From Promethearchaeota archaeon (GTDB lineage: Archaea; Asgardarchaeota; Lokiarchaeia; Sigyniarchaeales; SOKP01), in the NCBI GenBank assembly GCA_019058445.1, contig JAHPZA010000006.1, positions 288,001 to 352,000 on the forward strand: a DNA stretch of 64,000 nucleotides. The letters run 5' to 3'. Below are positions 20,666-30,931 of this stretch, piece by piece (positions within the stretch are counted from its first letter, which is position 1; each line of letters starts with the position of its first letter). The notes beneath the pieces are model-generated. The model did no database searches, was not told the DNA's origin, and saw nothing but the letters and a program-made list of their open reading frames with translations. Position numbers and translations under genes: made by a program.

Positions 20666-22063
20666 ATGAATGCAAGAAATCAAGAGGAATATTCCAATAA
20701 GAAAGCTATTGGGTATAGCTTTGGGCAAGTTGCGGACGTCACAGCATATCAAAGTTTTGTCTTTTTAACCTTTACTTTTTATTTTACCATTGTAGGACTT
20801 CCTGTACTCTATATATCAATAGGCTTTATGATTTGGTCAGTATGGAACGCATTAAATGACCCTCTATTAGGCTATTTATCAGATAGAACTCATACGAAAT
20901 GGGGACGGCGCTATCCTTACATAATGGTGGGTATTATCCCTTTAGCTATTGTTATGTTTTTCGTATTTAGTCCTCCTAAAGTTTTCGGTGTAACTGATCT
21001 TGCCGTAAATTTAATCTTTTTTATCCTCATTATCATCATATTTGAGCTATTTTATACTATGTTCAGCTTAAATTTGACTTCTATGTTTCCAGAAGCTTTT
21101 ATAACCTTAGAAGAAAGAACAAAAGCTAATAATATAAGACAGACCTTTACGATTATAGCTTTATTATTCGCATTTCTCTTACCTGGTTTTATTATTCCAG
21201 ATTATAGTGATCCTAAGTATATTAGCGAATATTCTATTTTTGGAGTAACATTAACTATAATTGTTCTCATAACTGGTCTTATATTTTTAAAATTCGGCCC
21301 GAAAGAAAAACCTGAATTTCAAGAAGACTATAAAAACGCATTTAGTTTAGGAAAATCCATTAAAACATGCGTGAGAAGTAAGGCATTTAAACGCTATATT
21401 CCAACAGAAATCGCCGTATGGTTTGTATTTGGAATGGTTCCAACAATTCTTCCTTTATATGCAAAATTTGTTTTGGGGATAAATGACTCCTTATTAATTT
21501 CTCTAATGATAGGACTTACATTTATTTCAGCCGCAGTTTTTATAAATTTATTATGGAAACCAGTAGTACAAAAGGTAGGGCCTAGGAAAGCTTGGTTGTT
21601 GTCGATCATAATCTGGATTGTAACATTTATTCCGCTGATTTTTATAACTAATATAATTACTGGGTATATTATTTTCATAATTCTAGGAATGGGATTTGGA
21701 GGTACTTTATATATAATTGATATTGTTGTTGCAGATATCATAGATGAAGATGAGTTAATAACAGGTATGCGCAGGGAAGCGGGATATTATGGCGTAAATG
21801 CTCTTTTTCTTCGATTTACCACAATTTTAGTTTTTCTTGCTATAAGTCTTGTGTTTACTAATGTCGGATGGGAAATTTATGAACCGGAAAAAGTAACTCC
21901 GCAAGTCATCTTAGGATTAAGAATCTTAATGGCTGTTTTTCCTATAATTGCCTTATTAATTGGTTTTTTATCTATGTACAAATATCCCTTAGATGGAGAA
22001 AGGCTTAAAAATGTAAAGGAACGGTTAGAAGTACTTCACGCTGAGAAAAAATCAAAATTATAA
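20666..22063 (+). CDS. GPH-family MFS transporter
   Basis: WNALNDPLLGYLSDRT.TKWGRRYPY; DEDELITGMRREAGY. Confidence 0.9.
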   Translation: MNARNQEEYSNKKAIGYSFGQVADVTAYQSFVFLTFTFYFTIVGLPVLYISIGFMIWSVWNALNDPLLGYLSDRTHTKWGRRYPYIMVGIIPLAIVMFFVFSPPKVFGVTDLAVNLIFFILIIIIFELFYTMFSLNLTSMFPEAFITLEERTKANNIRQTFTIIALLFAFLLPGFIIPDYSDPKYISEYSIFGVTLTIIVLITGLIFLKFGPKEKPEFQEDYKNAFSLGKSIKTCVRSKAFKRYIPTEIAVWFVFGMVPTILPLYAKFVLGINDSLLISLMIGLTFISAAVFINLLWKPVVQKVGPRKAWLLSIIIWIVTFIPLIFITNIITGYIIFIILGMGFGGTLYIIDIVVADIIDEDELITGMRREAGYYGVNALFLRFTTILVFLAISLVFTNVGWEIYEPEKVTPQVILGLRILMAVFPIIALLIGFLSMYKYPLDGERLKNVKERLEVLHAEKKSKL

Positions 22064-22185
22064 TTGTTCTCTTTTTTTTATTTTTTTCCTTAATTTCTTT
22101 CGTTTTCAATATTATTTATTATCCTTTTTTGGAATCCCTTCAAATCGAAATAATTAAAAAATAATGAAGGTTCATAATATTACTG

Positions 22186-23088
22186 ATGTCAACTAAAAAC
22201 ATTTCTGAAAAGAGAGGTTTGATTTCAGCCAGCATTAATATTATAAGACCCATCAATTGCATAATGGGCTCTCTCACTATTATTATTGGACTGCTTAATA
22301 CGAGAACAGGGGTACCATTTAATATTTTACTTTTAAACATTTTTCTGGGAGTGTTAACCTATTTTTTTGTAGCAGCAAGTGGGATGATAATTAATGATAT
22401 ATATGATCTAGAAATTGATAAAATAAATAGACCTAATCGCCCTCTCCCCCGAGGTGAGTTAAGTTTATCTCAGGCTAAAATCTTATTTATTCTGACATTT
22501 GGAATCGGTATTTTATTATCAATATTTCATTGGCTATTATTTGCCCTAAGTGGTTTAAATGTAATATTAGTTATCTTTTTTGGCTTAATTGGATGGTTAT
22601 ATGCCGCATGGGGAAAAAAATCAGGTTTTTATGGAAATTTGATGGTAGCCGTATCATTTTCTATCGGGCTTATTTATGGAGCTGTGTTAAATAGCATTAT
22701 AATTCCAGTATACATTTATTATTTCTTTCTTACGTCATTTTTTCTCTTACTTTCCAGAGAAATTGTTAAAGGTTGCGAAGATATCGAGGGAGATAAGGAA
22801 GAAGGAGTAAGAACATTAGCAATTAAACTTGGAATTAAGAGAGCTACTATTTTTTCTATAGTTTTTGAAATCATGGCAATAATATTCTTTATACTACCCT
22901 TATTCACGGATATTATAAATCCTATGCTATTTTTGATTTCGATGATTTTCGGGTTGGCTGATGTAGCTGCAGCAGTATTTTTATCGTTACGTAAAAACTT
23001 AGAGAAAAAGGATTTTAAGAAAATTAGTCTCTTATTAAAAGTTGGAGCGTTGCTTGGCTTGGTTGCATTTATATTTGCGAGTATATAG
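22186..23088 (+). CDS. Digeranylgeranylglyceryl phosphate synthase (UbiA family)
   Basis: INDIYDLEIDKINRPNRPLPRG and REIVKGCEDIEGD motifs. Confidence 0.88.
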   Translation: MSTKNISEKRGLISASINIIRPINCIMGSLTIIIGLLNTRTGVPFNILLLNIFLGVLTYFFVAASGMIINDIYDLEIDKINRPNRPLPRGELSLSQAKILFILTFGIGILLSIFHWLLFALSGLNVILVIFFGLIGWLYAAWGKKSGFYGNLMVAVSFSIGLIYGAVLNSIIIPVYIYYFFLTSFFLLLSREIVKGCEDIEGDKEEGVRTLAIKLGIKRATIFSIVFEIMAIIFFILPLFTDIINPMLFLISMIFGLADVAAAVFLSLRKNLEKKDFKKISLLLKVGALLGLVAFIFASI

Positions 23089-23221
23089 CAATGCATACCC
23101 CATTGATAAATAAAACAAGCCAGATCTTCCTTAATTTACATTATTGTGGATAATGTTATTAAATTTAGAAAAGAAATTATACTTATTAATAAAATTTAAA
23201 TTTATAAATTTGGTGCGATCT

Positions 23222-24109
23222 ATGGAGCAAAAAAAAAGGCTAAATACTGTTATGATAGTGTTTATTATTTTATATATTATATTAGGTATTTTCGCATTAG
23301 TTCGAATTTTAGGAATGGAAAGAATTCCTGGTGTAGTACCTATTTCGGGGCTTCCTGAAGTTTACCATATGATAGTATTTTTCTTAATATTACCACTAAT
23401 CCTTTCTATCGCTGCAGTTTTAATATTTCCTAGATATATCCCTTCACTCCTCTTAAAAAGTAAAAAACTTGTTTATAAAGGCTATAAAGATGCATATATC
23501 GATATTGATTTTGATCCATTCAATGCAAAAAAGTTTTTTATACGTGCTGTATATGTGTTTCTCTTAGCATTGGGTCTTCTTGCCATAATCATACCTCTAA
23601 TGTCGGAGGAAGTGGCAAGGGCTTTTATTAATACAGGGGCCGTTGAGACATATATCAATGAAGGACTAGATCTTAGATTCGTCGGTATTGTTTTATTTGG
23701 AATAACTTTTGTAATTGTATTTCCGATTGTAATAGGATTATGGTCAGTTGGTTGGTCTCTTCAAGATGCTGGACTGGTTCACTATACTGGCTTGGAAGGT
23801 CAAAAAGAAAGGTGGGATAAGTTATTTGAGATAGAGCCTATTCACTCGAAATATAATAATTATCTTAAGGGTTATGCGGGAATTTCTTCTATTGTTTTTT
23901 TAATCTCACTTGTGGTGTATATTTCTGGATTTGAGGGAAGAACTGAAGATGCTATTATAGTAATTTTAACTCCAGCAATGTTAATAATTATGATGGTTCC
24001 ATCCTATATTGTATATGGGCTTTCTCAGCAAAAGTTTGAATATTTAAGAAAGGGACTTCCTAAAGCTAAAAAAATTGCTGAAGCAGAATTAATTGTAAAA
24101 CAAAATTAA
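23222..24109 (+). CDS. Hypothetical multi-pass membrane protein
   Basis: Long ORF with ~6 hydrophobic helices; ATG 23222 preceded by GGTG, preferred over GTG 23144. Confidence 0.7.
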   Translation: MEQKKRLNTVMIVFIILYIILGIFALVRILGMERIPGVVPISGLPEVYHMIVFFLILPLILSIAAVLIFPRYIPSLLLKSKKLVYKGYKDAYIDIDFDPFNAKKFFIRAVYVFLLALGLLAIIIPLMSEEVARAFINTGAVETYINEGLDLRFVGIVLFGITFVIVFPIVIGLWSVGWSLQDAGLVHYTGLEGQKERWDKLFEIEPIHSKYNNYLKGYAGISSIVFLISLVVYISGFEGRTEDAIIVILTPAMLIIMMVPSYIVYGLSQQKFEYLRKGLPKAKKIAEAELIVKQN

Positions 24110-25527
24110 CCATTTTTCCTTTTTTTTCCTATTTCTAAAATTTTATGAAAATCCTTTTTTTCTATAGCTTTTATAAGTTGTTTTTTGATTGCTCTCTCCA
24201 TATTCATAATGGGAAATGTCTCAATGAGACTTCGTACTTGAGTTAATCCTAAATATTTTCTAGTATATTCTGCTTTTGAATATTTATACGTGGTTAAAAA
24301 CTCGCTATCTAACTCATTTCTAAAGTACTCTAAAACAAAATTAAAATAATTTTTTAATAAGATTTGATCTTCAATGGAGATTTGAGGTTCTAAAAATATT
24401 TGTATAGGATGCGTGCGGTAAGTATTAGATGAAACGTAAATCCCTACTATATTGAAATCATCAGAGATAATACCTAACCCAACTCTTCCTTCGGCTGAAC
24501 CTTTATCTACGGTTTGAACATAGAGTATATTTGACTCAATTTTCTGCTTCAGATTATCATTTACGTATAATACTTTCTTTTTGTATTCATTATTCACATA
24601 TTCATTTGAATCTATTACTGATATCTGATTCTTACCTTTATTTTTGATTACTTCATCATTTAATAGATAATATTTTACCGATAAGGGATTTTTTGATTTA
24701 TTCGTCTCAAGAAATTCCAAGAACTCAGAACCGGCTCGATACTTATATTTTGGTTTTAAAACGTAGTGCTTATTTATAATATCTCTTTTATTCTTTATTT
24801 TTAACCCCTTAAACTTAAGAGTCTCATGTTTGGGCATACATTTTCTTTTAAAAAACCCTATACAAATGTTTGTTCCTGTAAACTCAAACATTTTGGTCTC
24901 AAATATTAGCATTTTAAGAATTTTATAACACTTTAAGAAGTCTAAACGAAATTTATTTGAAACTGAGGCTCCGAATAAAAAATTGGAGGGAATAATATAT
25001 ATTAAGTTCTTGAGATCATTTCTTAAATCATTCATCATGGCAATTTGGTATAAATCTTGATACCCATCATTTTGAGCTTCGAAATATCTTAAATACTTTT
25101 GAGTCTCTTCATGTTTGCGAATATATCCTAAATATAGATATGGAGGGTTAGTTATGTGGTATATCGGAAAAGCCTTGTTCAATAAGATTTTTGGAAAGTT
25201 ATCTAAATTATCCCTATAATTAATATTGTTTTGAGCGATTTTAGAGGGTATACCATAGTTTTTAGCATTAATTACACACTTCTGAACCATTTCTGGTTGT
25301 ACATCGAATAAATAAATACGATCTTTAAAAAAATCTATTCTTTTTTCGTTTGGTATGAATTCGAGAATAGGGAGTATTAGATTTCCTTCCCCCGCATAAA
25401 GATCAACCCAAAGAAACTCATATAATTTATCTTTAATCTCGGGAAATATATATTTCTGAAATACATCAATTGAAGTAATGTGAGCTCCAAATGTACGTCT
25501 AAAACTTCTTTTTTCAGGATCGCTTAT
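24106..25527 (-). CDS. N6-adenine DNA methyltransferase (gamma-type motif order), probable ATA start
   Basis: Motif I WVDLYAGEGNL precedes motif IV ITNPPY. The ORF-track start (25731) overlaps the upstream gene; a GAGGT SD-like element precedes ATA at 25527. Confidence 0.82.
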   Translation of the reverse strand: MSDPEKRSFRRTFGAHITSIDVFQKYIFPEIKDKLYEFLWVDLYAGEGNLILPILEFIPNEKRIDFFKDRIYLFDVQPEMVQKCVINAKNYGIPSKIAQNNINYRDNLDNFPKILLNKAFPIYHITNPPYLYLGYIRKHEETQKYLRYFEAQNDGYQDLYQIAMMNDLRNDLKNLIYIIPSNFLFGASVSNKFRLDFLKCYKILKMLIFETKMFEFTGTNICIGFFKRKCMPKHETLKFKGLKIKNKRDIINKHYVLKPKYKYRAGSEFLEFLETNKSKNPLSVKYYLLNDEVIKNKGKNQISVIDSNEYVNNEYKKKVLYVNDNLKQKIESNILYVQTVDKGSAEGRVGLGIISDDFNIVGIYVSSNTYRTHPIQIFLEPQISIEDQILLKNYFNFVLEYFRNELDSEFLTTYKYSKAEYTRKYLGLTQVRSLIETFPIMNMERAIKKQLIKAIEKKDFHKILEIGKKRKNG

Positions 25528-25657
25528 AGTATTTACCTCTTTCCAATTCTGCGTTCTCAAAAAATGAAATAATTTCTTACTTGAATTATAATAGATTTTA
25601 ATAATTAAGAATTCATATATTAAAGAGCTAATTTTCGGAAAAAAGAAGGAATTATAA

Positions 25658-26605
25658 TTATCGTTTACGGAGATATGATATTCTTTTAAGCTTTTCTGGA
25701 ATCTCTGCGAAGAAATTTTTATCAAGGGCATTAATTAGTGATCGATATTCCTCTAAATTCAAACCTTCAAATGGAAAAGCATAATCTCCAACTTCAATCG
25801 GTTCAGCATTAAACCAAACATCGTATCCATCATCAAATTCTTCAATCTCAAAAGATCTAAGCTCTTTTTGATCGAGCATAACAATCTCTCCATTTCTTTC
25901 TATTTTAATCGCATACTTTGGAATATCCACAAAATCAAAATAGTTATTAAAGATGGAATGAGAAATAACCTTCTTATTGGTGATGGTATATGAGTTTTTA
26001 TATTCTTTTATCTCCAATTCGCTAGCTTCTAGGTTTTTCTTTAATCTCTTTTTATATTTCTTATTTTTGAGTAATAATTTTAGCCAATTTTCCTTGAGAG
26101 AGAATAATGAACTTTTGCTCCAAATTATTTGTTCATCCACATCCAGTAAAGCTTTAATTTCTTCCAGTTTTGAATTAGAGTCTATTTTGGTTGTTAATAT
26201 CTTCGTTATCCTTGTCTCCTCTTTTTCAATATTTCTAAGGTATCGTTTATCTTCTAATTCCTCTTTGACGGTCATCGAGGAAAGTCCGAAAACATTCAGA
26301 AATTCTTCTAATTCTTCACCTTGATCTATGGTCACTGTTTTACAGCGTTTAAATCCCGCTTTCATTATATTTCCTTGAATTTCTGTGGCAATCCTAGCAC
26401 CTAAAAATCGTTTTCTTACTGGAGATCGTGCCCCTTTCCAAAAATAAATTCTATTAATGTCTTGGGCTATAATAATATAAGCATTTTCAGCATGTAAAAA
26501 ATCCCCTAAATCTTCTCTTTTTATCTCTAATTCTGTACAATCACCAGTTTCTTTAACATCAAAAACCATAAAGTCTTTGAATTCAATATCCTTCATTTTA
26601 ATCAA
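25658..26605 (-). CDS. Single-domain gelsolin protein with C-terminal extension (Asgard 1DGelX-like)
   Basis: LHAENAYIII..RIYFWKGARSPVRKRF.GARIA..I...TIDQGEELEEFL matches the gelsolin core (WxG; QGxE..F). Confidence 0.78.
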   Translation of the reverse strand: MIKMKDIEFKDFMVFDVKETGDCTELEIKREDLGDFLHAENAYIIIAQDINRIYFWKGARSPVRKRFLGARIATEIQGNIMKAGFKRCKTVTIDQGEELEEFLNVFGLSSMTVKEELEDKRYLRNIEKEETRITKILTTKIDSNSKLEEIKALLDVDEQIIWSKSSLFSLKENWLKLLLKNKKYKKRLKKNLEASELEIKEYKNSYTITNKKVISHSIFNNYFDFVDIPKYAIKIERNGEIVMLDQKELRSFEIEEFDDGYDVWFNAEPIEVGDYAFPFEGLNLEEYRSLINALDKNFFAEIPEKLKRISYLRKR

Positions 26606-26749
26606 TATCAGAGGTTTATGAATCCTCTAAATGAAAATAAATTAAATACATAAAAATGTTTTTAAATCGAAAGGTTAAGGTTGTAAACAATAAAATTCTT
26701 ATGAATAAAGGCATTACTTTCTTTAATAGGCTTACTTCAGACAGTTACA

Positions 26750-27574
26750 ATGAAATTAAATAAAACTTTGGAACAAAAATTACAACATCTCATTTCTGTT
26801 TTAAGAAATAAAAAAGTGGTTGTTGCCTTTTCGGGTGGCGTAGATAGCTCTTTGCTTGCCTTTCTTTCTAATAAATATGGAAAGGAGGCACTTCTTGTGA
26901 CTGAGCGTTCAATCCTTTATTTAGATGAAGATATTGAGGAAGCAGCTCATTTTGCTAAGAAATACCAGATCCCCCATATTTTTATTGATCTGGACCCTTT
27001 AGATGATGATAATTTTACGGAAAATCCTGCTAACCGCTGCTATATATGTAAAAAAGGATTATATTCTGAAATTATAAAGATTAAGGAAGAAAAAAATTTC
27101 GATCTAATTTTAGATGGCTCCAATTTAGACGATCTAACAGACTATCGTCCAGGTATGCAGGCTTTAAAAGAATTAAATATTTTAACTCCTTATATTGAAT
27201 TCAAAATTAATAAGGAAGAGATAAGGGAATTATCTAAATATTTTGAATTAAGCGTTCACTCTAAGCCTTCAATGGCCTGTTTTGCTTCACGAATTCCCTA
27301 TAATCAAGCGATTAATGAAAAAAAATTAATAATGATAAGAGAAGCTGAGAGATTTTTAAGAAATAGTTTTAATTTGAACCAATTAAGAGTAAGAATTCAC
27401 AATAATAATTTAGCACGAATCGAACTCGAAAAAGAAGATTTCTCTAAAGTATTGAAGAAAAGGAATTTAAACCTTATTACTAACAAATTTAAGGATCTCG
27501 GTTTCACTTATATAACTATAGACATCGAGGGTTTTCGTAGTGGCTCAATGAATTTACCAATTACTAAAAAATAG
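26750..27574 (+). CDS. larE: ATP-dependent sulfur transferase LarE
   Basis: PP-loop AFSGGVDS, NRCYICK, DYRPG, ACFASRIPY, GFRSGSMN. Confidence 0.92.
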   Translation: MKLNKTLEQKLQHLISVLRNKKVVVAFSGGVDSSLLAFLSNKYGKEALLVTERSILYLDEDIEEAAHFAKKYQIPHIFIDLDPLDDDNFTENPANRCYICKKGLYSEIIKIKEEKNFDLILDGSNLDDLTDYRPGMQALKELNILTPYIEFKINKEEIRELSKYFELSVHSKPSMACFASRIPYNQAINEKKLIMIREAERFLRNSFNLNQLRVRIHNNNLARIELEKEDFSKVLKKRNLNLITNKFKDLGFTYITIDIEGFRSGSMNLPITKK

Positions 27575-27685
27575 GAGCTATTAAAATAGTAACTTAATTC
27601 AGTTCTAATGTAGAACCACTCAATCAAAAGAATTATTAATTATAAATGCAAATATTAATTATAAATAATAACTGAGGGTTATTTT

Positions 27686-28408
27686 TTGGCAGTTCCATTT
27701 TGGCGGTTTATTCTTGTTTACGTGATATATGCTTTCATCTGTGCCATTTTGATATTTATAAGCTACAATATATTAAAAAGGGATATTAGAGATCGATTAA
27801 ATCAATTTCTAGCCTCTTTTTTCTTATTCATAGTTTTTTCCTTAATCAATAATTTTATTTACGCTTCGATTTCCAATCCATCTTTACAACATGTTGCCAC
27901 ATTTTTACATATACTATCTGTTTATTTTATAACAGTAGCCGGAGGATTTTTGCTTTTATTTATTATTTTACTTTATAATCCTGAAGGTAAATTTTCTTCC
28001 TCCACATATCAAATCTTATTTCTCATTATTTATAGTATTATTGGCATTGGATCCTTTTTTATCCCTAATGGCGCAAAAGTTTCTATCTCACAGGATGGAA
28101 CTCAATTATATCCCGTGTGGAATTTATTCTTTTTTCTTTACTTTTTAGCTATTATGATTCCCAACATTATTGTATCTTTAATATATTCTATTAAAATTTA
28201 TAAAAAATTCCAAATCGAAGCATTAGCTAAAAGGATGAAATTCTTCCTTATAGGACTTTGTTGTGTTTATTATATGGGCCTCGGTGTTGGATTAACTAAT
28301 TATTTAAATATAGATTTAGTGAGAAATATCTTCACACTTACTCAAGCAATTCCGATAATTGGTGTATTATTAATATATTATAGCGTAGGGACTAGTTTAA
28401 GGAAGTAG
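27686..28408 (+). CDS. Seven-TM membrane protein (tandem paralog 1), TTG start
   Basis: ~7 hydrophobic segments; shares W-RF, DGTQLY.VWN and LA.(R/K)MK.F with the next gene. Confidence 0.75.
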   Translation: MAVPFWRFILVYVIYAFICAILIFISYNILKRDIRDRLNQFLASFFLFIVFSLINNFIYASISNPSLQHVATFLHILSVYFITVAGGFLLLFIILLYNPEGKFSSSTYQILFLIIYSIIGIGSFFIPNGAKVSISQDGTQLYPVWNLFFFLYFLAIMIPNIIVSLIYSIKIYKKFQIEALAKRMKFFLIGLCCVYYMGLGVGLTNYLNIDLVRNIFTLTQAIPIIGVLLIYYSVGTSLRK

Positions 28409-28509
28409 GATAAATAAATTAGCAGTAATAACATATGAATTTGCTTGAGTAAAAAGATTTAATAATTATTACATAATTTATTTAAATATTACTTAGAGAG
28501 GGTGTGTAA

Positions 28510-29259
28510 ATGGCAATAGACCCATGGCGATTCTATTTAATTTATATAATATTTGGATTTGTTTGCATATTCTTTTGTTTTATCAGTTATAAGGTTCTTA
28601 AACGAGATCCTAAAGATAAAATAAATCAATATTTTTCATTGTTTTTTATAACTGGATCAATTGGATTAAGTATTAATCTATTATATTCCAGCTTTTCAGA
28701 TCCCTCACTACAGCTTCTTGCTTCCTTTTTAAATATATTAACATGGTATTTTCTCTGTCTTAGTACTGGATTTTTATTATTATCCATCTTCTTATTGTAT
28801 CAACCTCAAAAAATAGTCAAAACCTTAAATCAGATAATTTTCATTTTAGCTTATAATGGAATCTTAAGCGTTTTATTTTTAATACCAGCTGGTGTAGAAG
28901 TGAAGATACTCCCAGATGGAACCCAGTTATACGCTGTATGGAATTTTTCATTTTTTATTTATATTCTGATAATTTTGTTAATTTCTTTTTCAATTAATTT
29001 TAGGTATTCCATTAAAATCTATAAACATTTAACAATTGAAGATTTGGCAAGAAAAATGAAATCTTTTATAATAGGAATGTCTATTTTTTATTACATTGCA
29101 ATAGGGGCATGCTTTACAAATTATCTCAATTTTCTAATATTGAGACAAATATATGCTATGTCATCCACTGTTATAATAATTGGGGTACTTCTAATTTATT
29201 ATGGAATGGGAACTGGAATTAAACGATCCTATAATTATCTTTCAAAAGAGTCCTACTAA
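28510..29259 (+). CDS. Seven-TM membrane protein (tandem paralog 2)
   Basis: Clear paralog of 27686..28408. Confidence 0.75.
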   Translation: MAIDPWRFYLIYIIFGFVCIFFCFISYKVLKRDPKDKINQYFSLFFITGSIGLSINLLYSSFSDPSLQLLASFLNILTWYFLCLSTGFLLLSIFLLYQPQKIVKTLNQIIFILAYNGILSVLFLIPAGVEVKILPDGTQLYAVWNFSFFIYILIILLISFSINFRYSIKIYKHLTIEDLARKMKSFIIGMSIFYYIAIGACFTNYLNFLILRQIYAMSSTVIIIGVLLIYYGMGTGIKRSYNYLSKESY

Positions 29260-29299
29260 AAATATTTCATACAAAATATCTTCCATAAATGCTAAATCC

Positions 29300-30700
29300 T
29301 TAATCCATCGGATTTTTTACATAGTCAATAATCTTTTTTCTTTTCCTCAGTGCCTCTAATGCTGATTGCTCAATATTCTTCTCCATTTCACTGATATATT
29401 CGGGAGAATCTTCGCCTATTGTTTGTTTGATTTTTGTATAAGCTGATTCTCTAAATCGTGGAAGTATATCTTTTTTTTCTTTATCTTTAAAAATCATTGA
29501 AATTTGTTTTGAATCATCTACAAATCCAATCTCACTGCCTTTAACATTGATCTTTTGAAGATCAGTTATTATTTTTTCAGTAATATCCTCTGAACAATAA
29601 ATTAAAAGTGCATCCAGAGAAACACCTAAATAATCAACACCTACTTTCTCTAATAAATTTAAAACATTTGGATTCACTAATTCTCGAATATTTTCTTCGT
29701 AAATAACTACCCCACAGCCCGCTTCATAATTGATCTCATATAAATCTCCTCTTAAGCCCCCATTTGTAACATCACACATAGCTCTTATCTCGTCAATATA
29801 ATTACTGCTTAAGATTACTTCACATGCTTCTAAAAATTTAATATTTAACGTTTCTCTTACCACTTCATGGTTCCCCGAGTAAATTGCAGTAGTTGCGATT
29901 GTTCCTCCTCCAGCACCCTCAGTCATCAGAATTTTATCTCCTACTTTAATATTTTTTCTGGCTAATAATCGCTCACTTGCAAGACCAACAGCACTAATCC
30001 CGCCTACAAATCGATTTCCAATCACCATGTCTCCTCCGATTCTTAAAGTCGATCCTGCTGTTATTGGTACATTGGTTAGTTCTGAAATTGCTGAAACACC
30101 GGCCATAAAATCAAATAATTTTCCTACATCAGCATCATCACCTAAATGAGCATCAACCATAATTGAAATAGGCTTCGATCCCTTAACATATAAATCTCTA
30201 AGCGCGGCTCTTGTAACATGAAATCCACAAATGAAAGGAAAATCACTCAGGCGTGAGTGTATCCCTTCCATTTTTGATACAATGATCAGATTTTCTTTAT
30301 CGAAATTCTGATTTTTAAAGGGGGTAACGTCGAGAAGTTGGATCGCTCCTGCGTCATCTAAAGATTTAGGAGATAAATACGCCTTTTTTTCTGTCTCTGA
30401 TAGCTCGGCTATAAGTTTATGGACAAAAAAATCTCCTGCACCTCGACATCCGACACCTTGTTTCCCAACCGTGACATTTGCTCTGTTAAAATCTAAAAGA
30501 CCCTTTACAAACGAATCGGTAACTCTCTTAATATCACTTTTTATGCACTCGTCTAATATCGCTCGAGCATAAGTTCTCGCTGTATTCTCATCAATATTAT
30601 CTTTAAAATCAAGATACTCTTGGATTAATCTTTTTACAATCTTTTCTTTAGAATACCCCTTTTTAATCAATCTCCTTGTTAAACCTTCTAAATCACTCAA
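29300..30700 (-). CDS. AIR synthase-related (PurM-like) ATP-binding protein
   Basis: GVGCRGAGDFFVH, DDAG, EGIHSRLS, DVTNGGLRGD. Confidence 0.8.
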   Translation of the reverse strand: MSDLEGLTRRLIKKGYSKEKIVKRLIQEYLDFKDNIDENTARTYARAILDECIKSDIKRVTDSFVKGLLDFNRANVTVGKQGVGCRGAGDFFVHKLIAELSETEKKAYLSPKSLDDAGAIQLLDVTPFKNQNFDKENLIIVSKMEGIHSRLSDFPFICGFHVTRAALRDLYVKGSKPISIMVDAHLGDDADVGKLFDFMAGVSAISELTNVPITAGSTLRIGGDMVIGNRFVGGISAVGLASERLLARKNIKVGDKILMTEGAGGGTIATTAIYSGNHEVVRETLNIKFLEACEVILSSNYIDEIRAMCDVTNGGLRGDLYEINYEAGCGVVIYEENIRELVNPNVLNLLEKVGVDYLGVSLDALLIYCSEDITEKIITDLQKINVKGSEIGFVDDSKQISMIFKDKEKKDILPRFRESAYTKIKQTIGEDSPEYISEMEKNIEQSALEALRKRKKIIDYVKNPMD

Positions 30701-30931
30701 AATAGCAACACTCTATTTACTCTTTAGTTCTAAAATTTCCACAAAATCTAAGTTATTAATAGTTATAGCTTTAATTAAAAGAAAAATTCTTTGATTACAC
30801 TCTAAAAAATGAAAAGAGTTAAATAAAATAGGTTTTATTTCCCTCTCTAAACTTCCAATTTTTCTTAAATTATAGCTTATTTTAAGTTGTCTCTTAATTT
30901 ATGGTTAATATCTGAGCTTAAAATCCTACAT

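Noticed and set aside
25528-25731. N-terminal extension of the methyltransferase ORF
   Set aside because: Overlaps the gelsolin gene and runs through AT-rich spacer-like sequence; an SD-like element supports the internal start.
29300-30700. Selenophosphate synthetase or selenoprotein
   Set aside because: PurM-like fold but no SelD N-terminal (C/U)xxK motif; no in-frame TGA read-through candidate was noticed in the window.
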